In this document: positions 35,948-45,091 of the stretch, piece after piece
How positions within the stretch are numbered: the first letter of the stretch is position 1
How the letters are laid out: each line of letters opens with the position of its first letter
Source of the DNA: an uncultured virus (IMG/VR IMGVR_UViG_3300009182_000047)
Lineage: Duplodnaviria > Heunggongvirae > Uroviricota > Caudoviricetes
DNA: 64,000 nucleotides
Strand: one strand, 5' to 3'
IMG/VR virus record: IMGVR_UViG_3300009182_000047
Span: 1 to 64,000 of that record
The notes under the pieces: generated by a model
Databases searched by the model: none
What the model saw: the letters and a program-made list of their open reading frames with translations, nothing else
Told to the model about the DNA's origin: nothing
Made by a program: the position numbers and the translations under genes

Positions 35948-38272
35948 TTATTTTCCTGCAGAACCAGTTTTTACAGGGTTGCCGCTGCCATCAGAGACAA
36001 TGCCACCTGAGCCTGAACTTACAACATTTCCTTTTAATTGTCCCAAGAAACATTCATAATAGCCTTGCTTCTTAGCATGAATATCTGGAGTACAGAATCC
36101 TACTGCTTTATAACCTTCTTCAAAATAATCAGGTCCAGGATTTGTATTCAATGTTTTTAATCTAGGATGTGTTAAGAAATAGATAACAACAATCTGTCCA
36201 GCTAGAGCCGGATCATTGACTAGTTCTGGGTTATCAACCAATGCCGTTGGGCTACTTACTAGACCTTTTTCATATAACAACTTGCTAAACTTAGTGTAGT
36301 TAGCGCGGCCGGTTAGACCAATATATCCGCGACCGATATACTTTAAGCCGTCGCCTGGCTGTGTATTGCCAAGTCCTTTACCCTTAGCTGTATTGTATCC
36401 ATATAGGAATTCAGGTAAGCTATTGCCAGGGTTACCTGCATATTTCTGAGCTAATTCTTTGTCACCTTTAAACACACTAGGGAATACTTGTAGCAATCTA
36501 TCTGCTTGGTAGTTAAAGTTTTCTACAACCAACTTCCATAAACTTTCTCCTCCGGCAACACCCAACATTGTAGCAATTTGATAAGGATTAGTTATTCCTA
36601 ATTTTGCACAAGCATCTTTGATTGCTTTAATACCTGCTTGACATTGAGGTAAGTTAATCTCTTTTGACCTAGTCGGATCGCAAGTACCTGGTTGTATTTC
36701 AGGTTGGTTAGCAGGTTCTTGAGTTCCGCTTGCCGGATTTGGAGGAACACCCTGAGCACTTCTATCAGCTAATGTTACATCAGTTGCAGCAGAACTAAAT
36801 TTTGTAGGATTAACGTTTTCATGTTGTGGCCAAGGTTCGTGTGTTGGAACACGTTGCATAATTGTTTTAATAGTTCCGGTATTGTAAAACTTGCCATCGC
36901 TCCATCCATACGGAACTTGTTTATCAGGTAAACTATTGATTGTTAAATGTGCAGGGGTAGAGGCTGCAGAAGCAGTTGCAGGAGCTGCTGCACTAGGACC
37001 GTTTAGATGAATATTTGAACCCGATACTAATATATTACCGTTAGCTCCTAGATTCATTACGCCGCCAGTGCCTATGTTAATATTGCTGTTACTTGCCAAA
37101 TTAATAGTAGCGGCCGCGGATAGTTTTATATCACTAGCCACATCAAGATCAAAGCTGCCACCTGTAGTCAATTTAATTGAATCTCCTACAGTTTCGTCTT
37201 TCGTTCCTCTAATTGCAACCTTTTGGTCAGCATCTACAATAAGATATTGATAACCTCCAACGTTAGTTTCCATATTCTTGCCAGCACGCATATGAATATT
37301 CCTACCAGCTTCAATATTAACATCACGATCTGCTCTAAAGTTAAAATCTGCCTCAGTATGAATGCTAACGCTATCGGCTGCATAGATATCAATCTTGCCG
37401 GCACTAGTCATTTCAATCCACGACGTACCTTTGCTATTACCTATATAGATTAAGTCATGACTATTATGTAAAAGAATTTGATGACCTGTTCTAGTTCTTA
37501 ATCTAACCAACTCATTCTGTCCGTTTACATCGCCGTCATCCATTACAAAACTACTGCCGCCCAGTCTACTAACTGGTGCTCTAGAATTTTCTTCATAACC
37601 TAACTTACCACGTTTTGCACCTGGACTGTCGTCAAGAGGGCCAGGTGTGCTAATACCAAATACTCCGCTAGGTACTTCTCGACGAGCACTACTAGACGTA
37701 ACACCTCGAACAGTATCTAACAATAATCCCTGTTGTACTAATCTATCAGCAAAAGGATGTACAGGTTTAGCAAATCTCTCAACATTAGGGTTATCTAACT
37801 TTTTAGATCCTTTGTGAAACTCTGCAACTGGCAAATAATCTGTACCATATTTTCTTCGTTGTTCTTCTGTGACAGCAACTTGTTTGCTAGCAGCAATACC
37901 GGGTACCATATGATTCTGAAATACATCATGTACACATCCCATGAAGAATCCCTGATTAGGATCTCCATCAATAAAGATAACCATTACTGTTGTACCAATG
38001 TCTGGGGGAATAGCCCAAAAACCATAACTCTTTTGTACATCGTTAAAGTCGCTACTATTAGTGCCTTCGTGTCTAATAGAAGTATTTCCAGCAAAGGGAC
38101 TTAGATATCGAACAACATAAGTTTCACCCTGCGATTGTGTAGAACTCGGCATCCCTTTTATCAATGCAACTTCTATACTGCCCATGTAGGTAGGGTCAAG
38201 GTGGTTTGTTACTTCCGCTAGAAACGGTCCAGGTGAAGGTAACTTAGCCGTTTGTCTTTTTTCAAAACCCAT
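35948..38272 (-). CDS. Baseplate hub/spike gp5-like protein with C-terminal GH19 (chitinase/lysozyme-like) domain
   Basis: OB-fold DP..MG..V / PPDIG..V.V.F, beta-helical repeats, RVPTHEPW, and C-terminal GN...GDG.KY.GRGYIGLTGRANY. Confidence 0.8.
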   Translation of the reverse strand: MGFEKRQTAKLPSPGPFLAEVTNHLDPTYMGSIEVALIKGMPSSTQSQGETYVVRYLSPFAGNTSIRHEGTNSSDFNDVQKSYGFWAIPPDIGTTVMVIFIDGDPNQGFFMGCVHDVFQNHMVPGIAASKQVAVTEEQRRKYGTDYLPVAEFHKGSKKLDNPNVERFAKPVHPFADRLVQQGLLLDTVRGVTSSSARREVPSGVFGISTPGPLDDSPGAKRGKLGYEENSRAPVSRLGGSSFVMDDGDVNGQNELVRLRTRTGHQILLHNSHDLIYIGNSKGTSWIEMTSAGKIDIYAADSVSIHTEADFNFRADRDVNIEAGRNIHMRAGKNMETNVGGYQYLIVDADQKVAIRGTKDETVGDSIKLTTGGSFDLDVASDIKLSAAATINLASNSNINIGTGGVMNLGANGNILVSGSNIHLNGPSAAAPATASAASTPAHLTINSLPDKQVPYGWSDGKFYNTGTIKTIMQRVPTHEPWPQHENVNPTKFSSAATDVTLADRSAQGVPPNPASGTQEPANQPEIQPGTCDPTRSKEINLPQCQAGIKAIKDACAKLGITNPYQIATMLGVAGGESLWKLVVENFNYQADRLLQVFPSVFKGDKELAQKYAGNPGNSLPEFLYGYNTAKGKGLGNTQPGDGLKYIGRGYIGLTGRANYTKFSKLLYEKGLVSSPTALVDNPELVNDPALAGQIVVIYFLTHPRLKTLNTNPGPDYFEEGYKAVGFCTPDIHAKKQGYYECFLGQLKGNVVSSGSGGIVSDGSGNPVKTGSAGK

Positions 38273-38275
38273 ATT

Positions 38276-41200
38276 TTATCCTAAATTAAATTTTCCATTA
38301 ACTAATTTGTCTAAGGGACTATTACCCAAAGAATTACTGCCAAATTTAGCAGTTACAGATCCTATTACGTTTTGATCTATCACCGGTAGTTTACCAGTTA
38401 ATTGTGCTATTTGAGCGTTAGCAGTTCCTAATTTATCTTTTATAGAATTTACATCAATCGAATTAAACTGCCCTGGTATGTTTGAGAAAGGATTTATCTG
38501 CGATGTTGGAATATTATTCAATGCCGCAGTTAATGATTCTGTAGGAATTAAATTAGAAGACAATTCTTTAACGCTACTAACTCCATACAAGTTAGCAAGG
38601 CCTGTGACACCTCTCTTGGCCGCTACTTCTTTAACATAGGCATTATCGACTATAGGAGCAGGTGCTGTTGTATAAGGTGTTGTTGGAGGTAAGTTTTTAA
38701 TTTTGCTAGGTGGCAAGTAATCAACAACTACTCCTGCTGCTGCCGCTTGATTTAAATTAACACCTTCTGGTAGATTAGATCCAAAGCTGCCAATTTGATC
38801 AAGAGATTTACTTTGGAAGACATTACCTAAGCCTGATAGCTTAGACGGGTCGAGCCCTACTTGAGCAGCAATGGCTTTAGGATCAGCAGGAGTACCTGCA
38901 AAAGAAGATATTTTACTACCAATATCTTTAATTAAGTTTCCTGCTCCGGCACCTATACCGTTAACAATGCCAACGGCTGATGTTCCTAGTTCTTTTCCTG
39001 CACCTATAACACTGCTAACTGTATCTGATGCAAGTTTTGAGGGATCAATATTGGCACCAAATTTAATTCCTAATGCTGTGGGATCACTAACTGCTTTATC
39101 TAATTTAAGAGTAGCTCCTTCTCCTATACCAGAACCTTTATTTGACTTATTAAGTGCTGTCGCAATCGAGCCACCTAATATAGTAGCTGCTATCGCACCA
39201 ACTGCACTCTTTGCAGGAATAGTTTTAGATAATACCCCTGTTGCCGCAGCAATAAGAGCAACTGATCCAAGACCAGTTTGATTAATATTGCCTAATCCGG
39301 AAGAACTTAATCTAATGTTAGAGGCAATATCAGAGGGCAATGCTTGGCCTATTACAGAAGAACCTGATAGTAATTCGCCAGTCTTAGAAACTCGGCCGGG
39401 ATTTTGCATTAGTAATGCACCGACTGTGCCGCCTAGGCCGCCGCTTGCTGCCGTAAAATTACTCAACTGCCCAGGTAGGCCAGGGCTAGGCAATCCTCGA
39501 TCAAGCTGTTCCATTGCAGTGCTTGAATCTAAACGTTGGCTAGGATTAAATGCTCGAGTAGTATCAGGTACTACTCTGTTCAAATTGTTTGGTAAAGTTA
39601 TTATTACATCTGCAGGATCGCTTGGCTGAATATTTAAATCTAATATCTGTCCAGGTTTTCTTATAATTTCTAAACGTTGTTTAAAGACTCCGTCTTTAAA
39701 CATGTTAGTAGCTTTGATAATTTGATACACTCCGCTGAAGGGGATTAATTTAGGATCAAATTGCATTATTCCTGTTTCAGGATCTATATCAACTGGGTTT
39801 CTAAAATTAATTCTAATTAATACTTCACCCTGTAAGTGGTCAACTTCACCTTCTTTGGTGTTGCCTCGGCCATCGGGTGTTGTATTAAAATTTCCGGTGC
39901 CGCCTGTTGCTATATAAAACGGATCTCCAAGAATTTCCATTTCACCAGTAATCATGCTGGCTTTAGAATTAGTAATTGCCTCGTGCATTTTTTTAGCAAG
40001 AGTTCCGTAAGGATCATTTAACGGTTGACCTGCTTGGCCGCCCTGTGACTGAACCGGAGTTGGTTCTACTTTACTGGGAGGTGTGGGAACTTGTTGCTGT
40101 TTTTGAGTATCAGTGGGCGTTCCACTTGATTGTTTAGTTACAACATTATCACTTGGGCCGGCACCAGTTTTAGATGACGGAGTATCTTTATTACCAAACG
40201 ATGCAGGAACTGCTTCAAAGAATAATGTATTAAAATTTAATTTAAAATTTATTATATCAACATTTTTGCCAGTGTATATATAGTTGTATTCTCTATTACA
40301 AAGTTTAGTTAATTTCTTATCGTCAATTTGTTCTTGACCATAAGTCGGAATCCTGGTGTAATGTAGCTTATACTCGGTGACTACATAGGTAAAATTCTGA
40401 AATGGTTTTTTACTTGTTTCATCAATTGCATCTAGATTAGTTACCTCAATCCTAATCATAAAGTACTTAACCATTCCAAACTCGTCGATGTTTTTCTTTA
40501 CATCTTTTAAAATATTTCTAACATATTCACTATCTCTGATCACAGAAGTAATAGCTTCATGAATATTCATACCTTCTGCAAATTGTACTACTGTTTTACC
40601 GGGGGTGTATTTTATTGCTTCGGGTTCTTTGGCTTGTTTTTCAGCACTAGGTTGAGTACTACCTTCTTTTTTATACGCAGTTGCTTTCTCAGTAGTTCCT
40701 GGGTCAGCCATTTTGTATAAGGCGTTGTCTTTTAAAATTTCTAATAATTTTGATTCGCCAATTTTATTTTCAGGAGTATCTTTCCATCCTTCTTTTTCAT
40801 CTCGGCTAGGAAACTTAATAGCATATATATTGTGTTTATTACCTAAAGAAACTTCTTTGCCGTCTTTATCTGACTTAGAAACTTGTTCGTTGACATTTTT
40901 AATCATGTCGTTAAGGATTTCTTTAACTGTAGTTCCCGACATCTTAATGGGTTTCTTAACGACATTAGGTTCTCCGAAAGCACGCTCATTAAACGGAACC
41001 GCACTACACTTATATCTAGTTCCCTTTTCAGTAATATCAACTTCGAGATTAGTCAAACCAATAGGAAAATATCGTTCTGTCTTTTCAATTTTTTCTGGAT
41101 CACCAAACTCTGATAAGTCATCATCCGGGTATCCCCAGAATTCCATTTTTAAAACAAAGCTGGCTTGTAGATAAGAAGGATATCCAGCCGCAACTGAAGC

Positions 41201-41818
41201 AAAATGCAATGCTTCTATAAATCCATTAACACTGTAAGGTTCGATGACATCAAATTTAATCTGAGTAGGCAGCGTAGCACCACCATTTTCGCTAAAAGCC
41301 ATCAATGTTTCTATTTCAACGTTTTCAATAAACATATCAAAGCGGCCGGGGCTTTCAGAATTAAATCCGTTTAATAATTCACTACCGTAATTTTTTAACG
41401 GAACACTCTTTTGTTCATCAGTTAAATCAATACGGCGAGGGTCTCTAGCAGCATAATCAGACCTTGATTTTTGTGTTATTTCATCTGGAGTTGCTAAAGT
41501 AGCAGCATCACTACGCATAATTGCATCACCTTTGCCTCCAGATTTTAAAATAACCAAATCTAATTCACTTGTTCTATAGGCTTTAGGATCTTTTAAATAA
41601 TTCTTTTTTAATCCAGCAAGAGTAAAACTATAAGTTACTGACCTATAAGAATTTAACGCATTGGATTGACCGGAGGCAGCAACTTTAATCTTGCCATCCA
41701 TATCAGCAGCAGAATCACCGTTGGGATTCTTTTTAGGATCGTCTGTTTTTCTTTCTAACTCGTCGGAGTACCAGTTGTCATCATACCCGCCTTGATCGCC
41801 CATTGCTGTAACAGCCAT
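38276..41818 (-). CDS. Baseplate hub/tail protein (gp27-like position) with long Gly/Ser/Ala-rich C-terminus
   Basis: NALNSYRS.TY, IEPY, YNYIYTGKN and ILGDPFY motifs. Lies between the gp53-like and gp5-like genes. Confidence 0.6.
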   Translation of the reverse strand: MAVTAMGDQGGYDDNWYSDELERKTDDPKKNPNGDSAADMDGKIKVAASGQSNALNSYRSVTYSFTLAGLKKNYLKDPKAYRTSELDLVILKSGGKGDAIMRSDAATLATPDEITQKSRSDYAARDPRRIDLTDEQKSVPLKNYGSELLNGFNSESPGRFDMFIENVEIETLMAFSENGGATLPTQIKFDVIEPYSVNGFIEALHFASVAAGYPSYLQASFVLKMEFWGYPDDDLSEFGDPEKIEKTERYFPIGLTNLEVDITEKGTRYKCSAVPFNERAFGEPNVVKKPIKMSGTTVKEILNDMIKNVNEQVSKSDKDGKEVSLGNKHNIYAIKFPSRDEKEGWKDTPENKIGESKLLEILKDNALYKMADPGTTEKATAYKKEGSTQPSAEKQAKEPEAIKYTPGKTVVQFAEGMNIHEAITSVIRDSEYVRNILKDVKKNIDEFGMVKYFMIRIEVTNLDAIDETSKKPFQNFTYVVTEYKLHYTRIPTYGQEQIDDKKLTKLCNREYNYIYTGKNVDIINFKLNFNTLFFEAVPASFGNKDTPSSKTGAGPSDNVVTKQSSGTPTDTQKQQQVPTPPSKVEPTPVQSQGGQAGQPLNDPYGTLAKKMHEAITNSKASMITGEMEILGDPFYIATGGTGNFNTTPDGRGNTKEGEVDHLQGEVLIRINFRNPVDIDPETGIMQFDPKLIPFSGVYQIIKATNMFKDGVFKQRLEIIRKPGQILDLNIQPSDPADVIITLPNNLNRVVPDTTRAFNPSQRLDSSTAMEQLDRGLPSPGLPGQLSNFTAASGGLGGTVGALLMQNPGRVSKTGELLSGSSVIGQALPSDIASNIRLSSSGLGNINQTGLGSVALIAAATGVLSKTIPAKSAVGAIAATILGGSIATALNKSNKGSGIGEGATLKLDKAVSDPTALGIKFGANIDPSKLASDTVSSVIGAGKELGTSAVGIVNGIGAGAGNLIKDIGSKISSFAGTPADPKAIAAQVGLDPSKLSGLGNVFQSKSLDQIGSFGSNLPEGVNLNQAAAAGVVVDYLPPSKIKNLPPTTPYTTAPAPIVDNAYVKEVAAKRGVTGLANLYGVSSVKELSSNLIPTESLTAALNNIPTSQINPFSNIPGQFNSIDVNSIKDKLGTANAQIAQLTGKLPVIDQNVIGSVTAKFGSNSLGNSPLDKLVNGKFNLG

Positions 41819-41819
41819 A

Positions 41820-42122
41820 TTACACTACTCCTAGCACTCGTTGCAATGTTGTTTCTTTAGGTAGGTAAATTTTAACACCTGCTACCAGATCAAATACAGG
41901 ATCTTTAATTACAGATCTGTTTCTAACTGCAAACACCCACCATAACTTATGGTCTTTATATAAATCATAAGCTAACAAATCAGGACGATGTTCGTAAGTA
42001 GCAGTCACTTGAAATAAAATGTCGTCACGTTCTTTAGGAATATCTCTAAAATTAATAACATCAAGATAGTTGTTTACAATCGAAGTGTTATAATACGGAC
42101 TTGTTTTTGTATATATTGTCAT
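41820..42122 (-). CDS. Baseplate wedge gp53-like / LysM-like protein
   Basis: RPDLLAYDLY....LWWV...N...DP..D...G..I..P. Confidence 0.8.
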   Translation of the reverse strand: MTIYTKTSPYYNTSIVNNYLDVINFRDIPKERDDILFQVTATYEHRPDLLAYDLYKDHKLWWVFAVRNRSVIKDPVFDLVAGVKIYLPKETTLQRVLGVV

Positions 42123-43012
42123 TATAGATATCCTCGATTTCTAAACGAGCCTTCATTATATTCTGATACTGAAAATTGTTGCATTTCGTTTCTGCTGTAC
42201 ATAGGTATGCAGGTTAAATTAAACGTAGACATTGCAGGAACAGCAGTAGTTTCATATAATGGAGTTTGATCAGATCCTCCAAGGGCTGCTCCTGGATTAA
42301 TTGTAAAATAATCAACAGTATTAGGTAATTCAACTCTAAAACTAGATATAGCAACTGGTATATTATGAAACATCATATCCCCGTGAGCATATAATCTACA
42401 AACAGGAGGAGGGGCACCTGCGTCGGGGTCGGTACCAAATCGCATCCTTGTAAGAGATTTTAATAAATGCATTGTACAGATATACATATCTGCATCGTCT
42501 GCATTTTCTACAGAGAATTGACCAGCAATTGATATTGATCCAATACTACTTTTTTGATAAAAGTTAATTGCAAAGTTAGAATGCAGAGGTTGTTGTCCAG
42601 AATAATCTGCTTTGGCTTCATAACTAATAGTAGGAGTATAAGGAAATATAATTCCTCCAGCATTAAAAATTGCGTTATTTGGACCAGCTAGCATCGGAGT
42701 AATATATTTTGGAGGAACTAGGATTCTTGCTCGTAAATCTTTACTTTTATCGCCGGGGCCCATGCCTTTAAAATTAACTCGGGCGCGAGGTGGAACTTTT
42801 AATTTAGCACCAGCTGGTACACCAGGTACTGTTCTCTCGCCCAATGGATTATCAATTCGTCGAGGATCTGTTGCTGCAAATGCAGCAGAACTTTGGCCGG
42901 CTCCGGCATTACTAACAATATTTCCAGGGTTAGCATATTTGGCAGCAGTAGCTATTTCAGATGCAGGAATATTAGCTATAACATTTCCTTGTTCATCATA
43001 TTGGATGGGCAT
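42122..43012 (-). CDS. Baseplate tail-tube initiator/cap-like protein (gp48/gp54-like)
   Basis: IFPYTP.I, GAPPPVCRL..HG...F...PV motifs. First gene of the minus-strand tail operon, with TAAATA upstream (43034-43039). Confidence 0.55.
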   Translation of the reverse strand: MPIQYDEQGNVIANIPASEIATAAKYANPGNIVSNAGAGQSSAAFAATDPRRIDNPLGERTVPGVPAGAKLKVPPRARVNFKGMGPGDKSKDLRARILVPPKYITPMLAGPNNAIFNAGGIIFPYTPTISYEAKADYSGQQPLHSNFAINFYQKSSIGSISIAGQFSVENADDADMYICTMHLLKSLTRMRFGTDPDAGAPPPVCRLYAHGDMMFHNIPVAISSFRVELPNTVDYFTINPGAALGGSDQTPLYETTAVPAMSTFNLTCIPMYSRNEMQQFSVSEYNEGSFRNRGYL

Positions 43013-43067
43013 TCTATAATTCCTCGTATAGTATATTTAACCAATAAATAAAACGCTCTTATAATGG

Positions 43068-43097
43068 TTGACATTGCCATTCCTACAATGCTATAAT
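43068..43097 (+). promoter_or_regulatory. Sigma70-type promoter for the late sigma gene
   Basis: TTGACA-N18-TATAAT with extended -10 TG. Confidence 0.7.
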
Positions 43098-43121
43098 GTC
43101 TTAACAAGGATAATAATAACA

Positions 43122-44033
43122 ATGACCGTAAGTTTAATTCCCACAGGAAGAAAAGTAAAATACCTAAACAATAGAGATTTATTAGCAGAAATTCATAGGA
43201 GCAAGTGTTCTTTTTCAAGTTTTCTAAAACCAGAATACAGCCAACATGACATAATTCTAACCAATTTGGATAAAATTAACATTAGAACTATTGCAGATGC
43301 CAAAAGAGCACAGGCCAAAAGGATAGGCATTGCAGCATTTGCAGCCGCAAGGGCAACAGGTGATAAAAAAGTTAGATTAATTGAGTGTACACCTGATTAC
43401 ACTACAGTTGCTAAAACAGATATTGTCATTCGAATTATGACATTCGATCATATTCCGCTAGCACCGGGTCGTAAAAAGACTGTCAAAAGTACAGCAGACG
43501 GGCACGATAAAGTAAACTTTCCTCCATTCCAGCATTGGAAATTTGATGATGCTGGAGAATTAACGTGCGTAGGTAAGAGTCATTGGAAAGGTCCTTTAGA
43601 CACGGGACATTTTTCTAAAGATCACGGTCGACTCACTGAAAATTTAGGTAAGATGTATATCAAACTAAGCGAACGATATGCACAACGTAGCAACTGGCGT
43701 GGTTATACCTATGTGGAGGAAATGCGGGGGCAAGCAATTTTACAGTTATCACAAATTGGTCTACAGTTTGATGAATCTAAATCTGAAAATCCTTTTGCCT
43801 ATTACACAGCCGCAGTGACCAATAGCTTTACTCGTGTACTGAATATTGAAAAGAAAAATCAAAATATTCGTGATGACATGCTTGAAACACACGGACTAAC
43901 TCCAAGTCTTACAAGACAAAACCAACAAGAGTATGCAGAGGAGAATGCTCGCCAAGCTGAATTGTATAAAAACTTCCGTATGCCTAAGAGTGAGGAAGAT
44001 GCAATTGATGATTCTGAAGAAACTAATCTTTGA
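43122..44033 (+). CDS. Late-transcription sigma factor, T4 gp55-like
   Basis: YLNNRDLL N-terminus, NWRGYTY.EEM, FD..KS.NPFAYYT...NSF...L..EKK. Start moved to ATG 43122 (AAGGA upstream). Confidence 0.8.
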   Translation: MTVSLIPTGRKVKYLNNRDLLAEIHRSKCSFSSFLKPEYSQHDIILTNLDKINIRTIADAKRAQAKRIGIAAFAAARATGDKKVRLIECTPDYTTVAKTDIVIRIMTFDHIPLAPGRKKTVKSTADGHDKVNFPPFQHWKFDDAGELTCVGKSHWKGPLDTGHFSKDHGRLTENLGKMYIKLSERYAQRSNWRGYTYVEEMRGQAILQLSQIGLQFDESKSENPFAYYTAAVTNSFTRVLNIEKKNQNIRDDMLETHGLTPSLTRQNQQEYAEENARQAELYKNFRMPKSEEDAIDDSEETNL

Positions 44034-44058
44034 CTTTGCTCAATCTAGAATGTAAACT
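44030..44058 (+). promoter_or_regulatory. Sigma70-type promoter for gp47/gp46
   Basis: TTGACT-N17-TAAACT, followed by AGGAG SD. Confidence 0.55.
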
Positions 44059-44077
44059 GTTAGTAGGAGAATAACTT

Positions 44078-45091
44078 ATGAACCTTTTTAAGAAGGTAGC
44101 AGTCTTTACAGATCTGCACGTCGGCCTTAAATCAAATTCAACGACCCATTTAAGAGACTGTGAAGAATTTGTAGATTGGTTTATCGAACAAGCAAAAGAA
44201 AATAACTGCGAGACTTGCATTTTTATGGGTGATTGGAGTCACAATAGGAATAGTCTCAATCTTGTCACTCTCAATACATCACTGACTTTATTAGAAAAGT
44301 TAGGTCAAGGGTTTGAAAAGTTCTATTGGTTTCCAGGTAATCACGATTTGTTCTATAAAGACAAGCGTGATATCCATAGCAGTGCGTTCGGACGTCATGT
44401 CCCCGGTGTGACTGTTGTCGAGGGTGTAACAACTATTGACGGAGTCACGCTTGTTCCGTGGCTAGTAGGAGATGAGTGGAAATCGATGAAGACACTTGAC
44501 AGCAAATATGTGTTTGGGCATTTTGAATTGCCCTTATTCTACATGAACGCCATGGTACAAATGCCCGACCACGGTGAGCTTAAAGCTGCTGACTTTGGAA
44601 AACCAGAGTACGTATTCAGCGGACACTTTCATAAACGACAAAGCAAAGGCAACGTACATTACATTGGTAATGCATTTCCACATAACTTTGCCGATACATG
44701 GGATGATGATCGCGGCATGATGACACTCGAGTGGGGTGGTAAGCCAGAATATATCAATTGGGATAATGCTCCTAAGTACAGAACTATTAAACTTAGCGAA
44801 TTAATTGATAAAAAAGATGAAATTATGAAGTCAAAGATGCACTTTAAAGTGAATCTAGACATTGATATTAGCTATGAAGAAGCAAACTTTATTAAAGAAA
44901 CGTTTGTTGCTGACTATGACATCCGTGAAATTAGTCTCATTCAGGATAAAACTAACCTGGACGGAACTATTGATGATAACCCAGATGCTACATTTGAAAG
45001 TGTTGATCAGATTGTATCCGAACAATTGATCAACATTGAATCTGAACAGTTTGATAAAAACGTGCTACTTACCATCTATAATAATCTATGA
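44078..45091 (+). CDS. Recombination endonuclease subunit, gp47 (Mre11/SbcD-like)
   Basis: Metallophosphoesterase motifs DLH, GD, GNHD, GHF and SGHFH. Confidence 0.92.
   Translation: MNLFKKVAVFTDLHVGLKSNSTTHLRDCEEFVDWFIEQAKENNCETCIFMGDWSHNRNSLNLVTLNTSLTLLEKLGQGFEKFYWFPGNHDLFYKDKRDIHSSAFGRHVPGVTVVEGVTTIDGVTLVPWLVGDEWKSMKTLDSKYVFGHFELPLFYMNAMVQMPDHGELKAADFGKPEYVFSGHFHKRQSKGNVHYIGNAFPHNFADTWDDDRGMMTLEWGGKPEYINWDNAPKYRTIKLSELIDKKDEIMKSKMHFKVNLDIDISYEEANFIKETFVADYDIREISLIQDKTNLDGTIDDNPDATFESVDQIVSEQLINIESEQFDKNVLLTIYNNL

Noticed and set aside
42976..43218. 80-aa hydrophobic minus-strand ORF that could be a holin
   Set aside because: It overlaps two real genes and the divergent promoter region, and its hydrophobicity is explained by AT-rich antisense sequence.
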